Positions 53,399-64,000 of a stretch of DNA of 64,000 bases are shown in pieces; positions within the stretch are counted from its first letter, which is position 1; each line of letters starts with the position of its first letter. The notes beneath the pieces are model-generated. The model ran no database searches. It was not told where the DNA came from and saw only the letters and a program-made list of their open reading frames with translations. A program made the position numbers and the translations under genes. The stretch is from Ranitomeya imitator (Eukaryota): positions 25,172,001 to 25,236,000 of the forward strand of contig NC_091287.1 in assembly GCF_032444005.1 (NCBI RefSeq), written 5' to 3'.

Positions 53399-53910
53399 CT
53401 TGTCCCAGGAGAAGGCTCAACGTTTCGCTAATCGCAGACGCTGTGTGGGTCCCCGACTTCGTGTTGGGGATTTGGTTTGGTTATCTTCTCGTCATATTCC
53501 TATGAAGGTTTCCTCTCCTAAGTTTAAACCTCGTTTCATTGGTCCGTATAGGATTTCTGAGGTTCTTAATCCTGTGTCTTTTCGTCTGACCCTTCCAGAT
53601 TCTTTTTCCATACATAACGTATTCCATAGGTCATTGTTGCGGAGATACGTGGCACCTATGGTTCCATCTGTTGATCCTCCTGCCCCGGTTTTGGTGGAGG
53701 GGGAGTTGGAGTATATTGTGGAGAAGATTTTGGATTCTCGTGTTTCAAGACGGAAACTCCAGTATCTGGTTAAGTGGAAGGGTTATGCTCAGGAAGATAA
53801 TTCCTGGGTCTTTGCCTCTGATGTCCATGCTCCCGATCTTGTTCGTGCCTTTCATATGGCTCATCCTGGTCGTCCTGGGGGCTCTGGTGAGGGTTCGGTG
53901 ACCCCTCCTC
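53399..53910 (+). pseudogene. Integrase C-terminus (GPY/F) and chromodomain
   Basis: KFKPRFIGPY; EYIVEKILDSR...QYLVKWKGY...NSW. Confidence 0.92.
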
Positions 53911-53926
53911 AAGGGGGGGGGGGTAC
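53911..53926 (+). promoter_or_regulatory. Polypurine tract
   Basis: AAGGGGGGGGGGG-TAC immediately before the 3' LTR. Confidence 0.9.
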
Positions 53927-54718
53927 TGTTGTGAATTCTGTGGCAGAGCTCCCTCCTGTGGTCACAAGTGGTACTTCGGCTGATTCTCTCTGTGAGCTTC
54001 CGTTGGTGGAGGAAAGTGGTACTGCGGCTTCTGAGTTTCCTTCCTCAGGTGATGTGGTGAAGTCGTTAGGTGCTGCTCTATTTAACTCCACCTAGTGCTT
54101 TGATCCTGGCCTCCAGTCAATGTTCTAGTATTGGACCTGTTTCCTCCTGGATCGTCCCTGTAGCCTGCTGCTCTGCATAGCTAAGTTCTGCTTTGCTATT
54201 TTGTTCGCTGTTTTTTCTGTCCAGCTTGTCTATTTGTTTTTTCCTGCTTGCTGGAAGCTCTGGGACGCAGAGGGTGTACCTCCGTGCCGTTAGTTCGGTA
54301 CGGAGGGTCTTTTTGATAGGGTTTTGTGTTGACCGCAAAGTTACCTTTCCTATCCTCGCTCTGTTCAGAAAGTCGGGCCTCACTTTGCTAAATCTATTTC
54401 ATCTCTACGTTTGTCTTTTCATCTTAACTCACAGTCATTATATGTGGGGGCTGCCTTTTCCTTTGGGGTATTTCTCTGAGGCAAGGTAGGCTTATTTTCT
54501 ATCTTCAGGCTAGCTAGTTTCTCAGGCTGTGCCGAGTTGCATAGGGAGCGTTAGGCGCAATCCACGGCTGCCTCTAGTGTGTTGGAGAGGATTAGGGATT
54601 GCGGTCAGCAGAGTTCCCACGTCTCAGAGCTCGTTCTATGTTTTTGGGTTATTGTCAGGTCACTGTATGTGCTCTGACCTCTATGTCCATTGTGGTACTG
54701 AATTATCTTATCACAACA
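53927..54718 (+). repeat. 3' LTR (792 bp)
   Basis: About 10 substitutions and one 19-bp deletion relative to the 5' LTR (manual comparison). Confidence 0.97.
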
Positions 54719-55299
54719 CTTATCTTCCTGGATTTTAAAGCCATTGTGGGTATACCTCACTCTTTCCTCAGGACCTGTGAGTTTTATTATTTTTTCATGT
54801 TATGTATTTATTTTGTCCCCCAAAATTTTACATGTAGATATAATGGTGATAGAAAATAATAATCATCAATTAGGATGACTTATGCTGTTTTATGGGAGTG
54901 CAGTGCAAACAAAAGGCTGCTATAAATGGCTTGTTTGAATTCTAGCGTTAATCCCTATGGCACCTTACACCTACAGGAATTTTAGATATTGACTTGACAC
55001 ATCCAAAATATATGTATTTAGCACTATGTCTTCACCGTAGCTTTTCAGATGTATTTGGTATCAATTATGAATCCCTTCTAGACCCCCAGGAGTAAATCAG
55101 AAATGCTGTTCTATAGAAAAACAATATAAACTGGGGTGTTTTGGTGCTTCCGTTGTGAGCAGCAAGACAGTTGGAACTCCCCATCCTGCAATTACCCCTG
55201 TTAGTGCTTGGTACCATCCCACCAATGGCCCCATAGTAGGTGCATGGTCTTCTTGTAGGCACAACACTGCCAGAAGTATAGTCCCATTTTAGATCCTGA

Positions 55300-55965
55300 T
55301 GTCAGAGGTTTACTGCAATAGAGAGGAGCCAGAAGACTGCAGCGTCTGATTTCTCATACTCCTGCGCTGATTAGAAGCACTTCACCTTCATATAAAATGG
55401 TGTAAATTTCATTAGGTAGTGCAGCGGTTAATCTTCTCTTTTGAGAGCTCCTTGAGCTAAGGCTCTCAGCTGTGCACTGTTAGCCACTCCCATCTCCTAT
55501 ATAATCTGGTCCCTGGCTAGCACTCATTGTCAGAGTTAGCTTATGTTGCATGGCTGGAGGTTGTTGGTGGTTATTTGAGAAGGTGTTTGGTGGATTTATC
55601 TGTGACTGTTGCTTGGTTTTGAGTGAGTGATAATTGCCTTTCTTCTCCTACTTTGGTTTAACCCCATCCTCCACTCCCCGGGGCATACCTCTGTTATATG
55701 TGTGTATATTTGTATGTTTGGTATTTTCCATTACCCCTATTCGTATTACCTTGTTAAGTCTGGTTGGTGTATGGCGGTACACTACTACTCCCATCATTCC
55801 TGGGTGGAGGAATGGTACAGACGGAGGGCAGATTCAGGAGTTAAGGCCCTGGCGTCTTCATCATCAGAAGTAATCTGGGGAGCAGGGTGAGCTAGGGCGC
55901 CCCCTATCGTTCGGGACAGGGAAGGAGATCCTGGTCCCGAGATACCCAACAACAGAGTTGTGACA
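55300..55965 (+). mobile_element. Solo LTR (666 bp)
   Basis: tgtca...tgaca termini, 5-bp TSD CCTGA, TATATAA at ~55498. Confidence 0.85.
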
Positions 55966-56620
55966 CCTGACAATTTATGCATTGCATCTAATTAGATGAG
56001 TTATGACAGACGTGTTGTTTTTGCCTATTTTTGATAGCAGCATCTATTTTCCAATCTCCGGCCATCATGTTCTGCACAGCGTCCATACAGTATAAGCGAT
56101 GCTTTTGCCTTTGAGAATAATTTCTCAAAAACTTGACATTTCAACTTTGCGTTCAGGAATTGTGTAAGTCTCAGAATGGATGCTGTGTCAGGAGAACGAG
56201 TGCCAGTTCATTCATTACTCGGATTTTTTTTGCTGATACGTAGCCTTTGTTGTGATGTGACATGAATTAGAAAATCCTCGCAGGGAACTGGTTTAATCCA
56301 TTATATTCAGAGGGAAATGAAGTGTTGACAGATTATCATCTGCTTCTACTGATTGTCGCTTTGGCGATATCCTTATCAGTTGACCAATCAAGAAACAAGA
56401 TAATCAATAATGATACATATTATATAAAGATATGGTAATAACAGAAACATAACATAAAAGAACACAAAAGTAACAAACCAATGAATACAATAGGGAAACA
56501 ATGCGAATACAAAACAGACGTCAATGAGAATGATCCGAGGAAGGTCCGGGAGATGCTAGAGACATTTTAGAAGTTATATCAAATTCAGAAGTCAATTAGG
56601 TATTCTTTCCATGTGTTTAA

Positions 56621-56929
56621 CCCCAGGGCGATTTTCCATTTTCGTTTTTTTCCTCCACTTCTTCCAAGAGCTAAAACTTTTTTATTTTTCCATGCACATA
56701 ACCATATCAAGGCTTGCTTGTTGCGGCACAAGTTGTACTTTTGAATGACATTATCCATTTCATCATGTGTCGCACTGGAAAGTAGGAAAAAATTCCAGGT
56801 GCGTTGAAATTCCCCCCCAAAAAAGTGTCATTCCCCAATTGCTTATTGTTTTTTTAATTATGATATTCACTATACGGTAAAACTTAACTGGAAATATGAT
56901 TCTCCAGATCAGCATGACTACACAGATAC

Positions 56930-56935
<6 letters not shown>
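56621..56935 (-). mobile_element. piggyBac-like element fragment
   Basis: TTAA|CCCC end; similar to the reverse complement of the right part of 46176-47213; truncated at (TA)n. Confidence 0.65.

Positions 56936-56970
<35 letters not shown>
56935..56970. repeat. (TA)n microsatellite
   Basis: Direct observation. Confidence 0.95.
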
Positions 56971-56976
<6 letters not shown>

Positions 56977-56986
56977 TTTTTATTTA

Positions 56987-59065
56987 CACTGGATACAGAA
57001 AGTATTCAGACCACTTTCAATTTTTCCTCCATGAGATGGTTCTACTCCTTCATTGGAGTCCAGGTGTGTAATTAAACTGATAGGACTTGATTTGGAGCGG
57101 CGCACACCTGTCTATATAAGACCTCACAGCTCACAGTGCATGTCAGACCAAATGAGAATCATGAGGTCAAAGGAACTGGCCAAATGAGCTCAGAGACAGA
57201 ATTGTGGCAAGGCACAGATCTGGCCAACCAAGGTTACAACAGAATTTCTGCAGTACTCAAGGTTCCTAAGAGCACAGTGGCCTCCATAATCCTTAAATGA
57301 AAGAAGTTTGGGACCAGCAGAAGTCTTCCTAGACCTGGCCGTCCAGCCAAACTGAGCAATCGTGGGAGAAGAGCCTTGGTGAGAGGTGAAGAAGATCCCC
57401 AAGATCACTGTGGCTGAGCTCCAGAGATGCAGTAGGGAGATGGGAGAAAGTTCCACAAAGTCAACTGCAGCCCTCCACCAGTCGGGCCTTTATGGCAGAG
57501 TGGCCCAACGGAAGCCTCTCCTCAGTGCAAGACATATGAAAGTTTACTAAAAAACACATGAAGGACTCCCAGACTATGAGAAATACGATTCTCTGGTCTG
57601 ATGAGACGAAGATAGACCTTTTTGGTGATAATTCTAAGCGCATGTGTGGAGAAAACCAGGCACTGCTCATCACCTGCCCAATACAATCCCAACAGTGAAA
57701 CATGGTGGTGGCAGCATCATGTTAAGGGGGTATTTTTCAGCTGCAGGGACAGAACGACTGGTTGCCATTGAACAAAACATGAATGCGGCCAAGTACAGAG
57801 ATCTCCTGGATGAAAACCTCTTCCAGAGTGCTCTGGACCTCAGACTTGGCCGAAGGTTCACCTTCCAACAAGACAATGACCCTAAGCACACAGCTAAAAT
57901 AACAAAGGAGTGGCTTCAGAACAACTCTGTGGCCATTCTTGACCGGCCCAGCCAGAGCCCTGACCTAAACCCAATGGAGCATCTCTGGAGAGACCTGAAA
58001 ATGGCGTCCACCAATGTTCACCATCCAATCTGACGGAACTGGAGAGGATCTGCAAGGAAGAATGGCCGAGGATCCCCAAATCCAGGGGTGAAAAACTTGT
58101 TGCATCATTCCCAAGAAGACTCATGGCTGTACTATCTCAAAAGGGGCTTCTACTCAATACTGAGCAAAGGGACTGAATACTTATGACCATGTGATATGAC
58201 CAATTGTCACGGATCCCTTCTCTGTGGTGTCACTTATTCGTCACGTGCCTGCTCTCACACGTGAATTGGGGTTGTGCCTGCAAGGGTTAATCTATCTCCC
58301 CACTCTCAGTCCCGCATTCAACCTCTGTCCTATGCTGTAATGGGAGCATAAATCACACACCGACCCAGGCCAGACACCTGCTCATACTTGCTGCCACCAC
58401 TCATTGAATACACGGGCGATGAGTCCCGGACTAATAATAATACTAATAAAAATATGTCTATCACTCATAAGCCTCACACACCTTTAGGCTATGGATTCTT
58501 TAGAACATTCAAGGTTCAACTTGTTAAAGTTTTATACTTTAATTGCAAAAAGTTCAATGCTTACAATAAGAAAAAGGTATACAAATATGATAATAAAAAG
58601 ACATACAACTTATGCAAAACAGTGTCAAAATAAACAGGAGAAAACTTACAGAAAATCATCTAACTGGTAGTTGCTTCTGCTCCCTGGGGTAGGACGAATG
58701 TAGATTGGAACACATCAGCTTCTCAGGCTCTCCCCTCTGTACCAGTCTGTCACTGTAAACTTGTTTACTGTAAACGATATCTATAACTCTGTATGTAACC
58801 CCTTTCTCATGTACAGCACCATGGAATTAATGGTGCTATATAAATAAATAAATAATAATAATAACAATAATAAAAATAATAATATTTCAGTTTTTATTTT
58901 TTAATAAATTTGCAAAAATTTTTACATTTCTGCTTTTTTCAGTCAAGATGGGGTGCAGAGTGTACATTTATGAAAAAAAATTAACTTTTTTGAATTTACC
59001 AAATGGCTGCAATGAAACAAATAGTGAAAAATTTAAAGGGGTCTGAATGCTTTCCTTAACCACTG
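56987..59065 (+). mobile_element. Tc1 transposon (Sleeping Beauty-like), degraded, interrupted at 58198-58881
   Basis: TA|cactggatacagaaagtattcagacc ... ggtctgaatgctttccttaaccactg|TA; ATG 57161 MRSKEL; [27 protein letters not shown]. Confidence 0.9.
58198..58881. mobile_element. Composite insert: LTR-like 5' part + L2 3' tail
   Basis: tgtcacgg at 58205; L2 tail ~58728-58881 with AGCACCAT-GGAATTA-ATGGTGCT stem-loop and (AAT)n; ATAT on both sides. Confidence 0.65.
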
Positions 59066-60516
59066 TAGGTCCATGCCACAGCTTCCTATGCTGAGCGCAG
59101 CAGTTAAAGATCAGTTTGTCATCAGCTGCTGATCTCTGCATACGCAGCGACCAACGTATGAAAGCTTTCAGCATGATAAATTGAGCTTTGTCATCTCAAT
59201 CGCTGCCTATACAGAGTGCAGCAGACAATGACCATCTGGGCCTGACCGCTGCGCTCTGCATAGGCAGTAACTGAGATGACAACGGCTGCACTACACTCTC
59301 CCATAGCTCCTTTTTTTTCTCTTACGTGTAATTTTATGAGAAAGGAGACATGTTGAGGGAGCTATCCCAATTTTTTTTTTTTTTTTAAAGTGTCCCATGT
59401 AAAAAAAAAACAAAAAATCCACTAATTGATATGAACTATAACTTTTTAAATGAGCTTTCTAACTAGGATTTGGGCTAAGGTCAAGGATAGGACTAGGCTT
59501 TGAACTTAGGTAAAGGTTACTACTAGGTGGTTTAGTGGAGGTGATAACTTTGGGGTAGGTTCAGGACTAAGGAAATAACACAGATACATAAAAAACGCAA
59601 AAATCAAAATAAATAAATAAATAAATAAAAAGTAAAAAAAAAAATAAGGATGTAATTTTTTTTTTTTTTTTAGTTTTTATGTGTAACGGGTGTAATATAC
59701 TCGTATTGCCCAGGGTGCTGCCGTCACACGTTGCTCCATTGCTGGTAACATACGATCACAGTAGTGCCACCATTGCAGCTTTTTATACCTACGCCACCTC
59801 CTCCATCCTTTGAACAAGCGTGTACGGATAAGGTTAAGTTTTTGTAAACAGCGCTCCGGCATTCACTTTCCTTGTTGATTGAAAATGTATCCGTACAGCA
59901 AGGAAAACTCATCTTTGAATTGAATAGATGCTATCTGCTTGTGCCGAACAATGAGAAACAGATAAATCACTTCCCAGAACTGCATGTGAGGGATAATGTC
60001 AATATGAGTTATGTCTTCCTATAACTTCAAATGAAGTCTGCTGCTGACTGTCACAAGATGAACAATTTCCATTACTCCATCAGCGTTCCACAGCTTGTTC
60101 ACTTAGAAAACTGCTATATGTTTCTTCTCTGCTGTCACTAACACAGATAAGTCACACACTGACTGTCAGAGGAGAACATCAGGAAATCTCAAAGAAAGAC
60201 CGTTCTCTGTGTCTTGTTGTATACCGCTATAATACCGCAGCCATGAATTAACATTAATATCAAAGTAACGTCACAGGAACGTACAAATTGTAATCATTGT
60301 CCCATCAAGACTCAACGCAACACAGAAGGTCGAAATATTTCCCTGTGCTCATTGTCGCTCCCTTGAGAATAAAATCCTCAGTTTGGTTCATGTTTTGGAT
60401 TGCATAAAACAGACACAGTGAGTGAAAGATCTGCACTAAAGAGTCATAAACTATTATTTTATTATAATATTATAATGCTGTCACCTACTGAACTTCAGTC
60501 CTACATGTAAAAGATA

Positions 60517-61710
60517 ATGCTCCTATGTACAGGAATATAACTACTATAATACTGCTCCTATGTACAAGAATATAACTACTATAATACTGCTCCTATGTAC
60601 AAGAATATAACTACTATAATACTGCCCCTATGTACAAGAATATAACTACTATAATACTGCCCCTATGTACAAGAATATAACTACTATAATACTGCTCCTA
60701 TGTACAAGATTATAACTACTATAATACTGCTCCTATGTACAAGAATATAACTACTATAATACTGCTCCTATATACAAGAATATAACTACTATAATACTGC
60801 TCCTATGTACAAGAATATAGCTACTATAATACTGCTCCTATGTATAAGAATATAACTACTATAATACTGCTCCTATATATAAGAATATAACTACTATAAT
60901 ACTGCTCCTATGTACAAGAATATAACTACTATAATACTGCTCCTACGTACAAGAATATAACTACTATAATACTGCCCCTATGTACATGTACAAGAATATA
61001 ACTACTATAATACTGCTCCTATGTACAAGAATATAACTACTATAATACTGCCCCTACGTACAAGAATATAACTACTATAATACTGCCCCTATGTACAAGA
61101 ATATAACTACTGTAATACTGCTCCTTTGTACAAGAATATAACAACTATAATACTGCCCCTATGTACAAGAATATAACTACTATAATACTGCCCCTATGTA
61201 CAAGAATATAACTACTATAATACTGCTCCTATGTACAAGATTATAACTACTATAATACTGCTCCTATGTACAAGAATATAACTACTATAATACTGCTCCT
61301 ATATACAAGAATATAACTACTATAATACTGCTCCTATGTACAAGAATATAGCTACTATAATACTGCTCCTATGTATAAGAATATAACTACTATAATACTG
61401 CTCCTATATATAAGAATATAACTACTATAATACTGCTCCTATGTACAAGAATATAACTACTATAATACTGCTCCTACGTACAAGAATATAACTACTATAA
61501 TACTGCCCCTATGTACATGTACAAGAATATAACTACTATAATACTGCTCCTATGTACAAGAATATAACTACTATAATACTGCCCCTACGTACAAGAATAT
61601 AACTACTATAATACTGCCCCTATGTACAAGAATATAACTACTGTAATACTGCTCCTTTGTACAAGAATATAACAACTATAATACTGCCCCTATGTACAAG
61701 ATTATAACTT
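60517..61710. repeat. 35-bp minisatellite (same family and orientation as 41040-42290)
   Basis: Same unit. Confidence 0.96.
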
Positions 61711-61713
61711 ATA

Positions 61714-62067
61714 CTAGATTGTGGCCCGATTCTAACGCATCGGGTATTCTAGAATATGCATGTCCCCGTAGTATATGGACAATGATGATTCCAGAATTCG
61801 CGGCAGACTGTGCCCGTCGCTGATTGGTCGAGGCAACCTTTATGACATCATCGTTGCCATGGCAACCATTATGACATCATCGTCGCTGTGCCCGTTGGCC
61901 TGGCGGCCTCGACCAATCAGAGACGCGGGATTTCTACGTCGATGCTGTGCCGATCTCTGATTGGTCGAGGCCTGGCGGCCTCGACCAATCAGAGAGCCGG
62001 GATTTCCAGGACAGACAGACAGACAGACAGACAGACGGAAAAACCCTTAGGCAATTATATATATAGA
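61714..62067 (-). mobile_element. Non-autonomous Helitron (354 bp)
   Basis: Minus strand: 5' TCTATATATATAA ... hairpin CCCGAT-8nt-ATCGGG ... CTAG|T 3'; internal (GACA)n. Confidence 0.78.
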
Positions 62068-64000
62068 CTAGATGGTGGCCCGATTCTAACGCATCGGGTA
62101 TTCTAGAATATGTATGTAGTTTATTTATGAAGTTTTCAGAATAATGCAGTTTATACACAGGATTCGGCTGGCCGTGACTAATTAGCGAAGCGTGGTTCAA
62201 ATTCCGCACCAATTCGCGGGGAGAGTGCGACTGTCGCTGATTGTTCGCAGCCCGGGCAAAAGACTCTCAGTGGGCCCCCCTCTTTAACACATACCACGAT
62301 TCATGATGCACAGATACAGCATAGAAATATAGCACAGGCAAGTAGCGTATAACACAGCCCACGTAGTATATAACACAGCCACGTAGTATATAGCACATCC
62401 CATGTAGTATATAACAGCCACATAGTATATTGCCCAGCCACGTAGTATTTAGCACAGCCCACGTAGTAAATAGCACAGCCCACGTAGTATATTGCCCAGC
62501 CATGTAGTATATAGCACAGCCCACGTAGTATACAACACAGCCACGCAGTATATTGCCCAGCCACATAGTATATAGCACAGCCCATGTAGTATATAGCACA
62601 GCCACGTAGTATATAACACAGCCCATGTAGTATATAGCACAGCCACGTAGTATATAGCACAGCCATGTAGTATATAGCACAGCCATGAAGTATATAGCAC
62701 AGCCCACATAGTATATAGCTTAGCCCACGTAGTATATAGCACAGGCCACATAGTAAATAGCACAGACACGTAGTATGTTGCCCAGCAACGTAGTATATTG
62801 CCCAGCCATGTAGTATATTGCCCAGCCATGTAGTAAATAGCACAGTCACATAGTATATAGCACAGTCACGAAGTATTTTTACACAACCCACATAGTAAAT
62901 AGCACAGCCCATGTAGTATATTGCCCAGCCACGTAGTATATAGCACAGTCACGCAGTATATAGCACAGCCTCGTAGTATATAACACAGCCCATGTAGTAT
63001 ATAGCACAGCCACATATTATATAGCACAGCCACGTAGTATATAGCACAGCCCATGTAGTATATAGCACAGCCCACGTAATATATAGCACAGGCCACATAG
63101 TAAATAGCACAGACACGTAGTATATAGCACAGCCACATAGTATATAACACAGCCAATGTAGTATATAGAACAGCCACATAGTATATAGCACAGTTACATA
63201 GTATATAGCACAGCCACATAGTATATAGCACAGCCCATGTAGTATATAGCACAGCCCACGTAATATATAGCACAGGCCACGTAGTAAATAGCAGACACGT
63301 AGTATATTGCCCAGCCATGTAGTATTTTGCCCAGCGATGTAGTATATTGCCTAGCGACGTAGTATATTGCCCAGCCACATAGTATATTCCCCAGCCACAT
63401 AGTATATAGCACAGCCCACATACTATATAGCACAGCCACGTAGTATATAACACAGCCCATGTAGTATATAGCACAGCCACATAGTATATAGCACAGCCTA
63501 TGTAGTATATAGCACAGCCCACGTAGTATATAGCACAGGCCATGTAATAAATAGCACAGACACGTAGTATATTGCCCAACCACATAGTATTTTGCCCAGC
63601 GACATAGTATATTGCCCAGCGACGTAGTATATTGCCCAGCCATGTGGTATATTGCCCAGTCACATAATATATAGCACAGCCACGTAGTATATAGCACAGC
63701 CATGTAGTATATAACACAGCCCATGTAGTATATAGCACAGCCACGTAGTATATAGGACAGCCACGTAGTATATAGCACAGCCCACGTAGTGTATAGAACA
63801 ACCCACATAGTATATAGCACAGGCCACGTAGTAAATAGCACAGACACGTAGTATATTGCCCAGCCATGTAGTTTATTGCCCAGCGACGTAGTATATTGGT
63901 GAGCGACGTAGTTTATTGCCAGCCACGTAGTATATTGCCCAGCCACGTAGTATATTGCCCAGCCATGTAGTATATTGCTCAGCCACGTAGTATATTTCAC
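62068..64000 (-). mobile_element. Second Helitron (3' end), carrying a minisatellite; runs off window
   Basis: Near-identical 3' terminus (hairpin + CTAG at 62068-62071). Confidence 0.72.
62325..64000. repeat. 20-21-bp minisatellite
   Basis: Units (C)CACGTAGTATATAGCACAGC and variant CACGTAGTATATTGCCCAGC. Confidence 0.95.

Larger units (their letters stand above)
49929..54718 (+). mobile_element. Ty3/Gypsy chromovirus (sushi-like) provirus with internal integrase deletion
   Basis: Two TG...CA LTRs, flanking repeat CTTATC, gag-PR-RT-RH, chromodomain, PPT. Confidence 0.97.

Noticed and set aside
57598-57620. CTGATGAG...GAA hammerhead-like word
   Set aside because: It is the WSDETK coding motif of the Tc1 transposase; no helices.
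59724-59912. Minus ORF ...LTLSVHACSKDGG... faintly cadherin-like, with a possible donor at ~59790
   Set aside because: Motif spacing does not fit a cadherin repeat and the acceptor is weak; not supportable without a search.
62267-64000. Many Tyr/Cys-rich minus-strand ORFs
   Set aside because: Translations of the 20-21-bp minisatellite.

Overview
Eukaryotic, repeat-dominated window. The repeat repertoire (L2/CR1 LINEs, V-SINE, Penelope, chromoviral Ty3/Gypsy, Tc1, PIF/Harbinger, hAT, piggyBac-like and Kolobok/T2-like MITEs, Helitrons, many minisatellites) points to an amphibian (frog-like) genome; this is inference. I recognise no host exon, tRNA or rRNA gene, so this is probably a large intron or gene desert, and most long ORFs in the track are transposon ORFs or minisatellite artefacts. 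Main elements: (1) a young, TSD-flanked chromovirus (49929-54718) whose integrase core is deleted. Its PBS is an exact 11-nt complement of its own predicted 5' end (Tf1/sushi-type self-priming), and its leader appears to carry a strong intron that would excise the PBS just upstream of the gag ATG. (2) A near full-length L2 (16005-20332) with an N-terminal 2A-like peptide and a duplicated 5' leader holding a decayed second 2A, nested in a minisatellite-bearing hAT-like element. (3) A Penelope GIY-YIG remnant with a minimal hammerhead-ribozyme core. (4) Head-to-tail Helitrons. (5) A 43-bp minisatellite derived from the L2 3' tail. All alignments and counts were done by eye.
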